Positions 53,785-61,925 of a stretch of 64,000 nt of DNA are shown here, one piece after another. Both the position numbers and the translations under genes were made by a program. The notes below the pieces were generated by a model. The model saw nothing but the letters and a program-made list of their open reading frames with translations, was not told the DNA's origin and did not search any database. The stretch's first letter is position 1. Every line of letters starts with the position of its first letter. The stretch comes from Planctomycetota bacterium (GTDB taxonomy: Bacteria; Planctomycetota; UBA1135; UBA2386), in the NCBI GenBank assembly GCA_016873195.1, contig VGXW01000001.1:4645-68644 (forward strand), written 5' to 3'.

Positions 53785-54702
53785 TCAGAAGCCGTCGGCC
53801 TGCCGGTAGCGCTCGATCAGCTTCTTCTCGCCGTCCAGGCCGCCCTCCGCGTTGCCGTGCTCCATGCCGACGACGCCGCGGAAGCCCTTGCCGTGGACGT
53901 GGCGGAACACGTTCCGGTAGTTGATCTCGCCGGTGCCCGGCTCCTTCCGGCCCGGATTGTCGCCGACCTGGAAGTAGGCGATCTCCTCCCACGCCGCGTC
54001 GAGGTTGGGGATCAGGTTCCCCTCGGTGACCTGCTGGTGGTAGAGGTCGTCGAGGATCTTGCAGTGCGGGCTGCCGACCGCGCGGCAGATCGCGAACGCC
54101 TGCGCGATCTTGGTCAGGAACAGGTTCGGGTGGTCGCGGAAGTTCAGCGGCTCGAGCACCATCACGAGCTCGCTCTTCGCAGCCGCCATCACGTCGCAGC
54201 AGCGCTTCAGCAGCTCGACCACGTTGGCGGTCTGGTAGCCGGGCTCGAGGCGCGGGTCGACGGTGCCGGGCACGACGGTGCACCAGCGTGCGTTGACGCG
54301 CCTCCCGGTCTCGACGGCCTTCCGCATGTCGGCGAGTGCGCGTTCGGCGTGGTCCTTCTTGCCGGACGCGAACACCGGCGCGCCGAAGTCGCCGTGCGCG
54401 ACGAACACGCCCATCGTCATTCCGAGCTGCGCCCTCGTCTTGGCGAGGCGCTCCTGCGTCGCTTGGTCGCGGCCGCCCATGCCGTTGTCCTCCCACGCGC
54501 GGAAGCCCTCGTCCGCCGCGAACTGCAGCTGGTCCTCGAGCTCCTTCGCGTGGTTCTGGAACATGCCGAAGTGCGGCGCGTAGAGCAGGCGGAACGGCGC
54601 GCCGGGGCGCGCGGCGGCGGTGGACGTGGGGGAGAGAGAAGCCGCGAGCGGCGCGGTGGCGGCCGTGCAGGCGGCAGCGGCGAGGAAGGTGCGGCGATCC
54701 AT
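53785..54702 (-). CDS. Xylose-isomerase-like TIM-barrel protein (hydroxypyruvate isomerase family) with Tat-type signal
   Basis: MDRRTFLAAAACTAA twin-arginine-like signal. VLEPLN...HPNLFL...CKILDDLYHQQ...IAYFQVGDNPGRKEPGTGEINY matches the Hyi family. Confidence 0.8.
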   Translation of the reverse strand: MDRRTFLAAAACTAATAPLAASLSPTSTAAARPGAPFRLLYAPHFGMFQNHAKELEDQLQFAADEGFRAWEDNGMGGRDQATQERLAKTRAQLGMTMGVFVAHGDFGAPVFASGKKDHAERALADMRKAVETGRRVNARWCTVVPGTVDPRLEPGYQTANVVELLKRCCDVMAAAKSELVMVLEPLNFRDHPNLFLTKIAQAFAICRAVGSPHCKILDDLYHQQVTEGNLIPNLDAAWEEIAYFQVGDNPGRKEPGTGEINYRNVFRHVHGKGFRGVVGMEHGNAEGGLDGEKKLIERYRQADGF

Positions 54703-54755
54703 GGGGGCCGCAGGATACCCGCGCGGGCGGCTGCAGCGATCTTCGTCTTCGCCGC

Positions 54756-55700
54756 TCACTTGCCGGACCGCTTCAGCAGCTCGAACAGCTCGCTGTCGGT
54801 CGACAGCACGAGGTTCTTGCCGGCCAGCACCGCGCGCCAGGTCTCCAGCGTCTTCAGGAACGCGTAGAGCTCGCGCGCCGCTGGGCTCTGGTCGTAGGCC
54901 GCCGCGTAGATGCGCGTCGCCTCGGCGTCGGCCTCGCCGCGGGTCTGCTGCACCTTCATGTAGGCCTCCGACTCGATGCGGCGCAGCTCGAGCTCCTTCT
55001 TGCCGAGGATGCGCGCCGCTTCGCCTTCGCCCTCGCTGCGGAAGCGCTGCGCGATCTGCGCGCGCTCGCTGGTCATGCGCTGGTAGATGCGCGGCAGCAC
55101 GTCGGCGTTGTAGTTGACGCGTTTGATGCGCACGTCGAGCAGGTCGATGCCGAGCGGCTTCAGCTTCGGCGCCGCGGCGGCGAGCACGTCCTTCTCGATC
55201 TCGAGGCGGCCGCGCCTGGCGACCGGCAGCACGGTGACCGTCTGCGCCTGCTTCTGCACGTCGGGCGGCAGCACGCGGTTCTTGTCGCTGCGCACGATCT
55301 CGATCAGCTCGTGGCTCGCGACCGCGGCGCGCACCTCGCTGCCGATGATGTCCTCGAGCCGCGACTGCGCGCTGCGTTCGTCGCGCAGCGCGACGAACCA
55401 CGCGGCCGGGTCGCCGATGCGCCAGCGGCTGAAGGTGTCGACCGAGATGTAGGTCTTGTCCTTGGTCGGCATCTCGGTCGCCGCCCCGTCGAACTCGAGC
55501 ACGCGCTTCTCGAGGCGGTGGACCTCCTGCACGAACGGCGTCTTCCAGTGCAGCCCGGGCTCGGTGACCGGTTCGCCGACCGGCCGGCCGAACTGCGTCA
55601 GGATCACGACCTCGGTCTCGCGCACGGTGTAGAACGCGCCGCCCGCGACCATCACGACGAACAGGGCCACGGCGGCGAGCACGGCGAGTTTGAGCCTCAC
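54756..55700 (-). CDS. hflC: HflC (SPFH/band-7 protease modulator)
   Basis: GTG 55700 overlaps the hflK stop (GTGA). The N-terminal TM is followed by YTVRETEVVILTQFGRPV...GLHWKTPFVQ and an SPFH domain. Confidence 0.85.
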   Translation of the reverse strand: MRLKLAVLAAVALFVVMVAGGAFYTVRETEVVILTQFGRPVGEPVTEPGLHWKTPFVQEVHRLEKRVLEFDGAATEMPTKDKTYISVDTFSRWRIGDPAAWFVALRDERSAQSRLEDIIGSEVRAAVASHELIEIVRSDKNRVLPPDVQKQAQTVTVLPVARRGRLEIEKDVLAAAAPKLKPLGIDLLDVRIKRVNYNADVLPRIYQRMTSERAQIAQRFRSEGEGEAARILGKKELELRRIESEAYMKVQQTRGEADAEATRIYAAAYDQSPAARELYAFLKTLETWRAVLAGKNLVLSTDSELFELLKRSGK

Positions 55701-56686
55701 TTGCGCACCTCCGGCGCCACCTGGGCGCCCGGCAGCAGCGGCAGCAGCTGGGTCACGCGCTCGTCGACGATCCAGGCACCCTGCAGTGCCGGCAGCACCT
55801 CCTTCATCGTCTCGAGGTAGAGACGTTTCCTGGTGACCTCGGGCGCCTTCACGTACTCGGCGAGCACGGCGGTGAAGGCGGCGGCGTCGCCGCGCGCCTC
55901 GTTGACCCGCTGCTGCCGGTAGCCCTCGGCCTGGCTGATCTTCTGCTCGGCCTCGCCGGTCGCCTTCGGCACGACCTTGTTGTACTCGCCGTTGGCGACG
56001 TTGATCATGTTCTCGCGGTCCTGCTGGGCCTTGTTGACCTCGTTGAACGAGGCCTGCACCGCCTGCGGCGGATCGACGTCCTTGAGCTGCACCTGGTTCA
56101 CGGCGACGCCGAGCTGGTAGAGCCTGGCCATCTCGCGCAGCCGCGCGGCGGCAGCGGCCTCGATCTCGGCGCGGCCGATCGTGATGACCTCGTCGACGGT
56201 GCGGTCGCCGGGGACTTCGCGCATCACGGCTTCGCCGAGGTCGCGCAAGGTCTGGCCGGGCTCGCGCACGTGGAACAGGAACAGCCGCGGGTCGTCGACG
56301 CGGTACTGCACGACCCACTCGACGAGCGCGGCGTTGAGGTCGCCGGTGACCATGTTGCGCTCGAGCTCCGGCTGGCGGCCGACCTGGTCGGGGTTGGTCC
56401 AGGGCTCGTCGGGCCGGAAGCCGAACTCGAGCTTGAGCTGGCGCTTGACCGGCACGAGTTCGACTTCGTCGATGCCGAACGGCAGCTTCCAGTGCAGGCC
56501 GGGGTCCTGCTCGGTGTGGTAGCGGCCGAAGCGCAGCACGACGCCGACGGCCTCGGCGGGCACCTGGTAGAAGGTCGACAGCAGGCCGATCAGCAGCAGC
56601 AGCGCGGGCAGGAGCCAGAGGAAGCGCAGGTAGTGGCGCAGGCGCTCGGCCGGCGGTTCACCGAAGGAGATCGTCGGACGGGGCAT
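55697..56686 (-). CDS. hflK: HflK (SPFH/band-7 protease modulator)
   Basis: ATG 56686. FYQVPAEAVGVVLRFGRYHTEQDPGLHWKLPFGIDEV...NMVTGDLNAALVEWVVQYRV...DVDPPQAVQASFNEVNKAQQD. Confidence 0.85.
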   Translation of the reverse strand: MPRPTISFGEPPAERLRHYLRFLWLLPALLLLIGLLSTFYQVPAEAVGVVLRFGRYHTEQDPGLHWKLPFGIDEVELVPVKRQLKLEFGFRPDEPWTNPDQVGRQPELERNMVTGDLNAALVEWVVQYRVDDPRLFLFHVREPGQTLRDLGEAVMREVPGDRTVDEVITIGRAEIEAAAAARLREMARLYQLGVAVNQVQLKDVDPPQAVQASFNEVNKAQQDRENMINVANGEYNKVVPKATGEAEQKISQAEGYRQQRVNEARGDAAAFTAVLAEYVKAPEVTRKRLYLETMKEVLPALQGAWIVDERVTQLLPLLPGAQVAPEVRK

Positions 56687-56751
56687 GGGCGGAGCGTACG
56701 GGGCGGGGGGCTGGCGCGCGACGGCGGGGAGGGGTGGCGGGGATGACGACG

Positions 56752-57204
56752 CTACTGCCGCTTGCGGGTCTGCGCCTTGCGCGATGGTCTTGCCCTCGGG
56801 CGCTTCAGGCCCGGCAGCGGGCCGCGCGCCACGTTGTCCCGCAACCACGACGCGAACGCGGGTTCGTCCAGCGAGCCGTCCGCGAGAGCCAGCACGAACA
56901 CGGCGGCGTGCGCGGGATCGGCAACGAGCCGCATGCCGTTGCGTTCCAGGAAGACGGCCGCCGCGAGGAAGGCGGTGCGCTTGTTGCCGTCGACGAACGG
57001 GTGGTTCTCGATGATGCCAAAGGGGGAGGCAGCGGCGAGTCGGCACAGGCCCGCCTGTTCGTAGGCGAACAGGTGTTGTGGCCGGGCGAGTGCCGACGCG
57101 AGCAACCCTTCATCGCGCAGTCCGTCCGAACCGCCGTGTTGGCGCAGGCCCTCGGTATGGCATGCCAACACGGTTTGCGGCAACAGCCAGATGGGGGTCT
57201 TCAC
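56752..57204 (-). CDS. doc: Doc (death-on-curing) Fic-fold toxin
   Basis: GTG 57204 overlaps the antitoxin stop (GTGA). It has the Fic/Doc motif HPFVDGNKRTAF and a basic C-terminal tail. Confidence 0.85.
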   Translation of the reverse strand: MKTPIWLLPQTVLACHTEGLRQHGGSDGLRDEGLLASALARPQHLFAYEQAGLCRLAAASPFGIIENHPFVDGNKRTAFLAAAVFLERNGMRLVADPAHAAVFVLALADGSLDEPAFASWLRDNVARGPLPGLKRPRARPSRKAQTRKRQ

Positions 57205-57428
57205 TTCGCCAACTCGCGCAAGGTCGAGCTGTAGCGGGACAACAGCGATCGGGCCGCTCGCATCTGCGCCTCGAACTCGGCGTCCTCGGCCACGAGCTGG
57301 AAGCCCTCGCCACGTTCGTTGGGGATCAACGTGAGCGAGCTACCCTCGCGGACCTGCAAGACCTTCAGGACCTCGGCGGGCAGGATCACGCCGAGGGAGT
57401 TGCCGATCTTGCGCAGCTTGAGTTCCAT
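57201..57428 (-). CDS. AbrB/MazE/SpoVT-type antitoxin partner of Doc
   Basis: MELKLRKIGNSLGVILPAEVLKVL is a looped-hinge-helix (AbrB-like) N-terminus; 75 aa. Confidence 0.8.
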   Translation of the reverse strand: MELKLRKIGNSLGVILPAEVLKVLQVREGSSLTLIPNERGEGFQLVAEDAEFEAQMRAARSLLSRYSSTLRELAK

Positions 57429-57556
57429 GTTGCCACGAAAGTTATAACACCCGCCGCGAGCCGTCAAGCGCCCCGCCAGCGCCCACCCAACTCGTCGTGG
57501 CCCGCCGCCGACAGGCCAAGGTCGAGGCGACGCGCGGACCCGTTGTCGGCGGGCGC

Positions 57557-57600
57557 GTTTGCTCAACCACTGAGCAGAAATACTCAATGACTGAGCAACC
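57557..57600. promoter_or_regulatory. Repeated TGAGCA/TGCTCA motifs in a divergent intergenic region
   Basis: tttGCTCAaccacTGAGCAgaaatactcaatgacTGAGCAAcc contains an inverted repeat (TGCTCA-N5-TGAGCA at 57560-57576) plus a third TGAGCAA copy at 57592-57598. Confidence 0.3.
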
Positions 57601-57636
57601 TCGAGTTGCCCGCTGGCATGTGCTCTGATCCCCAGC

Positions 57637-57876
57637 GTGAGCAAGGACTTCCAACGGGAGCTGACGCTCGGGATCCTGGCCGCACTGCGCCGTCGGCCGC
57701 CGCTCCTCCAAGTGATGCGGGGGGCGAGGCAGGTGGGGAAGTCGACGATCGCCGAACAGGTCGGTCGGCAGTGGCGCGGGCCGGTGCGGTATGCGGTGGC
57801 GGATGCGCCGGTGCCCCCCGGGGCCGGAGTGGATCGAGTCCGAATGGCGTCTGGCGGGCTCGGCGCCCGCGGGTGA
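57637..57876 (+). pseudogene. 5' fragment of an AAA_14/DUF4143-type ATPase gene (truncated and frameshifted)
   Basis: The N-terminus ...LLQVMRGARQVGKSTIAEQVG carries the P-loop typical of this family, which is normally about 400 aa. The frame breaks near 57800, where PPGPEWIESEWRLA continues in another frame. Homology ends before 57949. Confidence 0.45.
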
Positions 57877-57948
57877 GGAGCCGTTCCAAGCGGTCGAACG
57901 CGAATGTGGCGAAGCCCAACTCGGCAATGTCGGCGCGCAGCGGTGGGG

Positions 57949-58395
57949 TCAGCCGGTCGACGGCGGCCCGCTGGGCGGCGCGTACATGCATCCCCGCTCC
58001 CGGGCCTTGCTGACCAGCTTGTCGGCTGCCTTCCTCACCGCCGACCCGCCGCCCACGTTGGCGAAGTCGGCGACCGCATGCGCATCATCCTCCGGGAGCT
58101 GGCGCGGGTCCTCCTTCCCGATCGGGTCCGCGTAGGCACGCACACCGACAGCCGAACACTCGCCAACCGACACCGACCAGGTGCCGGCCGACCTGTACTC
58201 CTTGCGCGTGTGCCGCAGGTACGCCTCCTTGGCGCTGACCAGCGAACCTCGCGACACCGATAGCTTGCCCGCGTCCTTGCGGGTCGGATGGAAGGCCTGG
58301 CTCGACACGCGCCCGTCGTTGATCCACTCCGGATGCACCTGGCGGTGCAGCAGTTCTTGCGGCTCCGTGAGCGGGGCCAGCGGTAGGGGAGCCAC
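57949..58395 (-). CDS. Hypothetical 148-aa protein (downstream gene of a two-gene cassette)
   Basis: Non-low-complexity ORF (LLHRQVHPEWINDGRVSSQAFHPTRKDAGKLSVSRGSLVSAKEAY...). Its ATG lies 3 nt after the stop of the upstream gene. I cannot assign a family. Confidence 0.6.
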   Translation of the reverse strand: MAPLPLAPLTEPQELLHRQVHPEWINDGRVSSQAFHPTRKDAGKLSVSRGSLVSAKEAYLRHTRKEYRSAGTWSVSVGECSAVGVRAYADPIGKEDPRQLPEDDAHAVADFANVGGGSAVRKAADKLVSKARERGCMYAPPSGPPSTG

Positions 58396-58398
58396 TGG

Positions 58399-59535
58399 TC
58401 AGCAACCTCCCGAGGCAAGCCTGCGCAGCACCAGGGCAACCCGCTCCGCATCGTGTGGCCGAGCGACTGTAGCGCTCAACTGCTCTTGCGTGTCGGCGGT
58501 CACGTTCGTGGCGTGGAACTCCACTGCGCCGCTCGTCAGGTCCGCGGTGAGCGCAACCTCCCAGGGGCCTAGCGTCCACTCCGCGCGGGCGCCGCCGTCC
58601 TCGGTCGGGTACAGGAACGGCAGCGGGCACTCGGCTGCTGCGACGACGCTCTCCAGGAAGGACTCGAACTCGCCGAGTCCTTGACTGTCCAAGGCCGGGG
58701 TGCTCGGTTCGAGCCAGCCGGGGGGCAGTCGGCGCAAGCGGGCGAACTGCTCGGGCAACGGGGCGGCATCCGACGAGTCCTCGTCGTTCACCGCACGGAT
58801 GTCGCGTCCTTCCTTGACGCGTTCCCGCCTGCCGCTGCGGTCGAACTCGGCCACGACCGAGATCTGGACGAGCCGACGGAGCAAGCGCACCGCCGACTCG
58901 AGGACCTCTGCCGGACACGAGGGCACGTCGACGATCACTCCGTCGGCGGTCTTGATGCTGATCCTGTTGCGGTGCAGGTCGACGCCGCCGAGTTCGCCCT
59001 CCAGGACGATCTCCTCCTCGTAGCGGCCCGTGTACTCGAGCGCGATCCGCTTGCGGACCGAGGCGTCGTACCGAGGGCCGGCAGCCTCCCGGATCTGCAG
59101 CTCGACCCACTCGTCGCTGCGCAGCTTCCGGCCGAATCGGTTGAAGTGCCGCGCCAGGGATGCGGGGAAGGCAGGGGCCGATGCTGGCAACGTACCGTGC
59201 CTGCAAAGGTCGGTGCCGGCAGCACCGACGAGGACGTTCACGAGATCGCCGGCTCGATCCATATACTCGGCCAGGTCCGGGTCAGTCTCGTCCCGTTCGA
59301 TGATCGCGCACGCGCTGCCCGGTTCCACGCCGCGCAGGAACAGCGGAAAGGCCTCGTCGAACCGGCGGGGCGCTCGCACGCGGCCCTTGTGATCCTCCAG
59401 CCAGAGGTGCCGCGAAAGGTCGACTAGCAGGTCGCGGTACACCAGCAGGTCGGGCAGCGCATCGAACGAAAGCGCGTTCGTGTCGAAGCGGCCACAGTGG
59501 AACCGCAAGGCTGCGAATCTCCTGGTGTTGACCAT
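58399..59535 (-). CDS. Hypothetical 378-aa protein (upstream gene of a two-gene cassette)
   Basis: ATG 59535 lies inside track ORF 58399..59946. The composition is balanced (MVNTRRFAALRFHCGRFDTNALSFDALPDLLVYRDLLVDLSRHLWLEDHKG...). I cannot assign a family. A TGcTAGATT extended -10-like element sits about 25 nt upstream. Confidence 0.6.
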   Translation of the reverse strand: MVNTRRFAALRFHCGRFDTNALSFDALPDLLVYRDLLVDLSRHLWLEDHKGRVRAPRRFDEAFPLFLRGVEPGSACAIIERDETDPDLAEYMDRAGDLVNVLVGAAGTDLCRHGTLPASAPAFPASLARHFNRFGRKLRSDEWVELQIREAAGPRYDASVRKRIALEYTGRYEEEIVLEGELGGVDLHRNRISIKTADGVIVDVPSCPAEVLESAVRLLRRLVQISVVAEFDRSGRRERVKEGRDIRAVNDEDSSDAAPLPEQFARLRRLPPGWLEPSTPALDSQGLGEFESFLESVVAAAECPLPFLYPTEDGGARAEWTLGPWEVALTADLTSGAVEFHATNVTADTQEQLSATVARPHDAERVALVLRRLASGGC

Positions 59536-59837
59536 CGGCTCGACTGGAGGGGCAGGGAATCTAGCACTCTCGGCGCGGCACCATGAACAACTGAAGCCGC
59601 GGAAACCTCCCAGCCGGACAGGTCGGGGCCGGCCAATCCTCGCCGCACGGGCGCCGCGATCGTCACCGACGGCCTCGAGCGCATGCGCGAATCGACCTCG
59701 CCGAGCGGCAGCATCCGGCGACGGCTTGGCATCGGCTCGTCGCGGCCGTCGGCGCCCGAGTGCGTGGTTTCGGCCGTTGTTGGTCGCCGGGTTGCGGCGG
59801 TGGAACCTCGGCTCGAGCCCGGGCTCTGCTCGGTTGC

Positions 59838-60311
59838 CTACGTCTGGTCGGCGTCTGCCGCGTTCAGGTCCAGGTCGAGGCACAGCCGCGGTGCCGGGCG
59901 GAAGCCGCTCTTCTGGAAGAACGCGACCAGCTCCACGTCGTCCCACGCCACCTCGGTCGCGAGCGAGCCGATGCCGAGCCCGCGCAGGTTCTGCTGCAGC
60001 TGCCGCAGCAGCGCCTTGCCGACGCCCACGCCGCGCTGGTTCGGATTCACGCCAATCGTGTCGAGCACCGCGACCTGCTCCATCGCGCCGAACTCGCCGT
60101 AGTAGACGCGCGCGAGCAGGAAGCCGGCGAATTGGCCGTCGACCTCGGCGGCGAGCGACACCTGGATGCCGGTGTCGGACAGCGCCTGCGCCAGCTTCGT
60201 CTTGAAGTACTCGGTGCGCTTCCGGCCCGTGATCTTGCTGTCGAGCAGGATCACGGCGTCGAGGTCGCGCGGCCGCAGGTTGCGGACCACCACGGGGTCG
60301 TTGTGCGTCAT
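59838..60311 (-). CDS. GNAT-family N-acetyltransferase
   Basis: VLDTIGVNPNQRGVGVGKALLRQL is an acetyl-CoA-binding motif (Q/RxxGxG/A); 157 aa. Confidence 0.85.
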   Translation of the reverse strand: MTHNDPVVVRNLRPRDLDAVILLDSKITGRKRTEYFKTKLAQALSDTGIQVSLAAEVDGQFAGFLLARVYYGEFGAMEQVAVLDTIGVNPNQRGVGVGKALLRQLQQNLRGLGIGSLATEVAWDDVELVAFFQKSGFRPAPRLCLDLDLNAADADQT

Positions 60312-60333
60312 GGGATCTCTCGGGTGTGCGCGG

Positions 60334-61062
60334 TCAGGCGGTGCACTGGCCGCCGTCGACGCGCAGGACCTGGCCGGTCACGTGCGCCGCCAGCGGCGAA
60401 CTCAGGAACAGCACGACGTCGGCGACGTCGTCGGGGGTGCCAAGGCGCCCGAGCGCCGTCTCGGCGAGGGCCTTCTGGCGGTGTTCGTCGGGCAGCGAGC
60501 GCGTCATCGCGGTCTCGATCCAGCCCGGCGCCACGCTGTTGACGCGGACGGAAAAGCCGCCGAGCTCGCGCGCGAGGCTCTTGCCGAACGCGATCAGCCC
60601 GGCCTTGCTCGCCGCGTAGTTCGACTGGCCGAACTTGCCGCGTTCGCCGTTGATCGACGCCACCAGCACGATGCTGCCGCCGCCGGCCGCGCGCAGGCGC
60701 GGGACCAGCAGCTGGACCAGGTGGAACGCCGAGTCGAGGTTGACGCGCTGCACCTCGCTCCACTGCTCCTTGCGCAGCTTCCAGGACACGCCGTCGCGCG
60801 TGATGCCGGCGCGGAGCACGAACGCGTGCACCTGGGCGGGCAGCGTCGGTTCGAGTGCGGCGATCGCGTCCGCGTCGCCGAGGTCGGCGGCGAGGTTCAT
60901 GGCACCCGGCACCGGTGTGGCACCCGGGCGGTCGATGCTGAGCACCTGCGCGCCGGCCTGCTGCAGCCGCGCGCAGACGGCAAGCCCGATGCCGCCGCTG
61001 CCGCCGGTGACCACCGCCGTGCGGCCCGCGAGCGACAGCGTGATCCCCGCGCCGGCGGTCAC
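60334..61062 (-). CDS. Short-chain dehydrogenase/reductase (FabG-like)
   Basis: GTG 61062 overlaps the bcrD stop. It has TAVVTGGSGGIG, NGERGKFGQSNYAASKAG (YxxxK) and VNSVAPGWIET. Confidence 0.85.
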   Translation of the reverse strand: MTAGAGITLSLAGRTAVVTGGSGGIGLAVCARLQQAGAQVLSIDRPGATPVPGAMNLAADLGDADAIAALEPTLPAQVHAFVLRAGITRDGVSWKLRKEQWSEVQRVNLDSAFHLVQLLVPRLRAAGGGSIVLVASINGERGKFGQSNYAASKAGLIAFGKSLARELGGFSVRVNSVAPGWIETAMTRSLPDEHRQKALAETALGRLGTPDDVADVVLFLSSPLAAHVTGQVLRVDGGQCTA

Positions 61063-61925
61063 GCCGTGCCTCCGGTCAGCGACAGCCCCTTGGCCATCAG
61101 CTTGCGCGCGCGGAAGGCGCCCCACAGCGCGGCACCGATCGCGCCGGCGAGCACCGACTCCTCGTGCGTGCGAACGTCGATCGGCACCTTCTGCTCCTTG
61201 GCGAGTTCGACCATGGCCGCGTGCAGGCCGGTGTCGCGCGCGAGCCCGCCGGTGATCAGCACCGCGCCCTGCGCGTTCGCCGAGGTCAGGAGCTTCAGGT
61301 AGCGGCCCGCCATCGACAGGTGGATGCCCTTCAGGATGTTCGGGATCGTGATGCCGCGCGAGACCATGTTGATCACGTCGGTCTCGGCGAGCACCGCGCA
61401 GATCGACGAGCAGGTCTCCGGCTTGTCGGCCTGCAGCGACAGCGGCCCGATCTCGTCGATCGTGACGCCGAGGTAGCGGCAGATGTTCTCGAGGAACTGC
61501 CCCGAGCCCGACGCGCACTGGCTCGTCATGCGGTGGCCGAGCACCTTGGCGCGGTCGTCCATCAGCACGGCTCTGGCGTGCAGGGCGCCGATGTCGACGA
61601 CGGCGCGCACCGCGGGGTCGAGGAACAGGCCGCCGCGCGCGTGCGTGGTCATGCCGTAGAAGTGGCCCGTGCGGTGCTCGACCTTCTCGCCCTCGCCGGT
61701 GGTGGCGACGTAGTCGAGCTGGTCGCGCCGGCGGCCGGCCTGCTGCAGCGCCTGGTCGAGCGCGCTGTCGACCACGGCCAGCGGGTCGCGGCGGCGCAGC
61801 CGTTCGACCACCTGGGACGACAGCGAGGCGCCGTCGGCGCCGCGGTCGTGCAGGATCGCGACCTTGATCGAGGAACTGCCGACGTCGATGCCGGCACACC
61901 ACAGGGGACGCACGGGACCGCTCAC
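61059..61925 (-). CDS. bcrD: Benzoyl-CoA reductase subunit D (BadF/BadG/BcrA/BcrD ATPase family)
   Basis: GTG 61925 overlaps the bcrA stop. It has the acetate/sugar-kinase-fold motifs GIDVGSSSIKVAIL and VVDIGALHARAV, and CASGSGQFLE. The order B-A-D matches bcrCBAD operons. Confidence 0.8.
   Translation of the reverse strand: MSGPVRPLWCAGIDVGSSSIKVAILHDRGADGASLSSQVVERLRRRDPLAVVDSALDQALQQAGRRRDQLDYVATTGEGEKVEHRTGHFYGMTTHARGGLFLDPAVRAVVDIGALHARAVLMDDRAKVLGHRMTSQCASGSGQFLENICRYLGVTIDEIGPLSLQADKPETCSSICAVLAETDVINMVSRGITIPNILKGIHLSMAGRYLKLLTSANAQGAVLITGGLARDTGLHAAMVELAKEQKVPIDVRTHEESVLAGAIGAALWGAFRARKLMAKGLSLTGGTA

Noticed and set aside
59536-59837. Possible remaining 3' part of the broken AAA_14/DUF4143 ATPase gene on the far side of the two-gene cassette
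   Set aside because: No plus-strand frame there gives a DUF4143-like translation; the ORFs (59480..60205+, 59683..60102+) are Arg/Ser/Pro-rich. The deletion and insertion boundaries therefore cannot be defined from this window.
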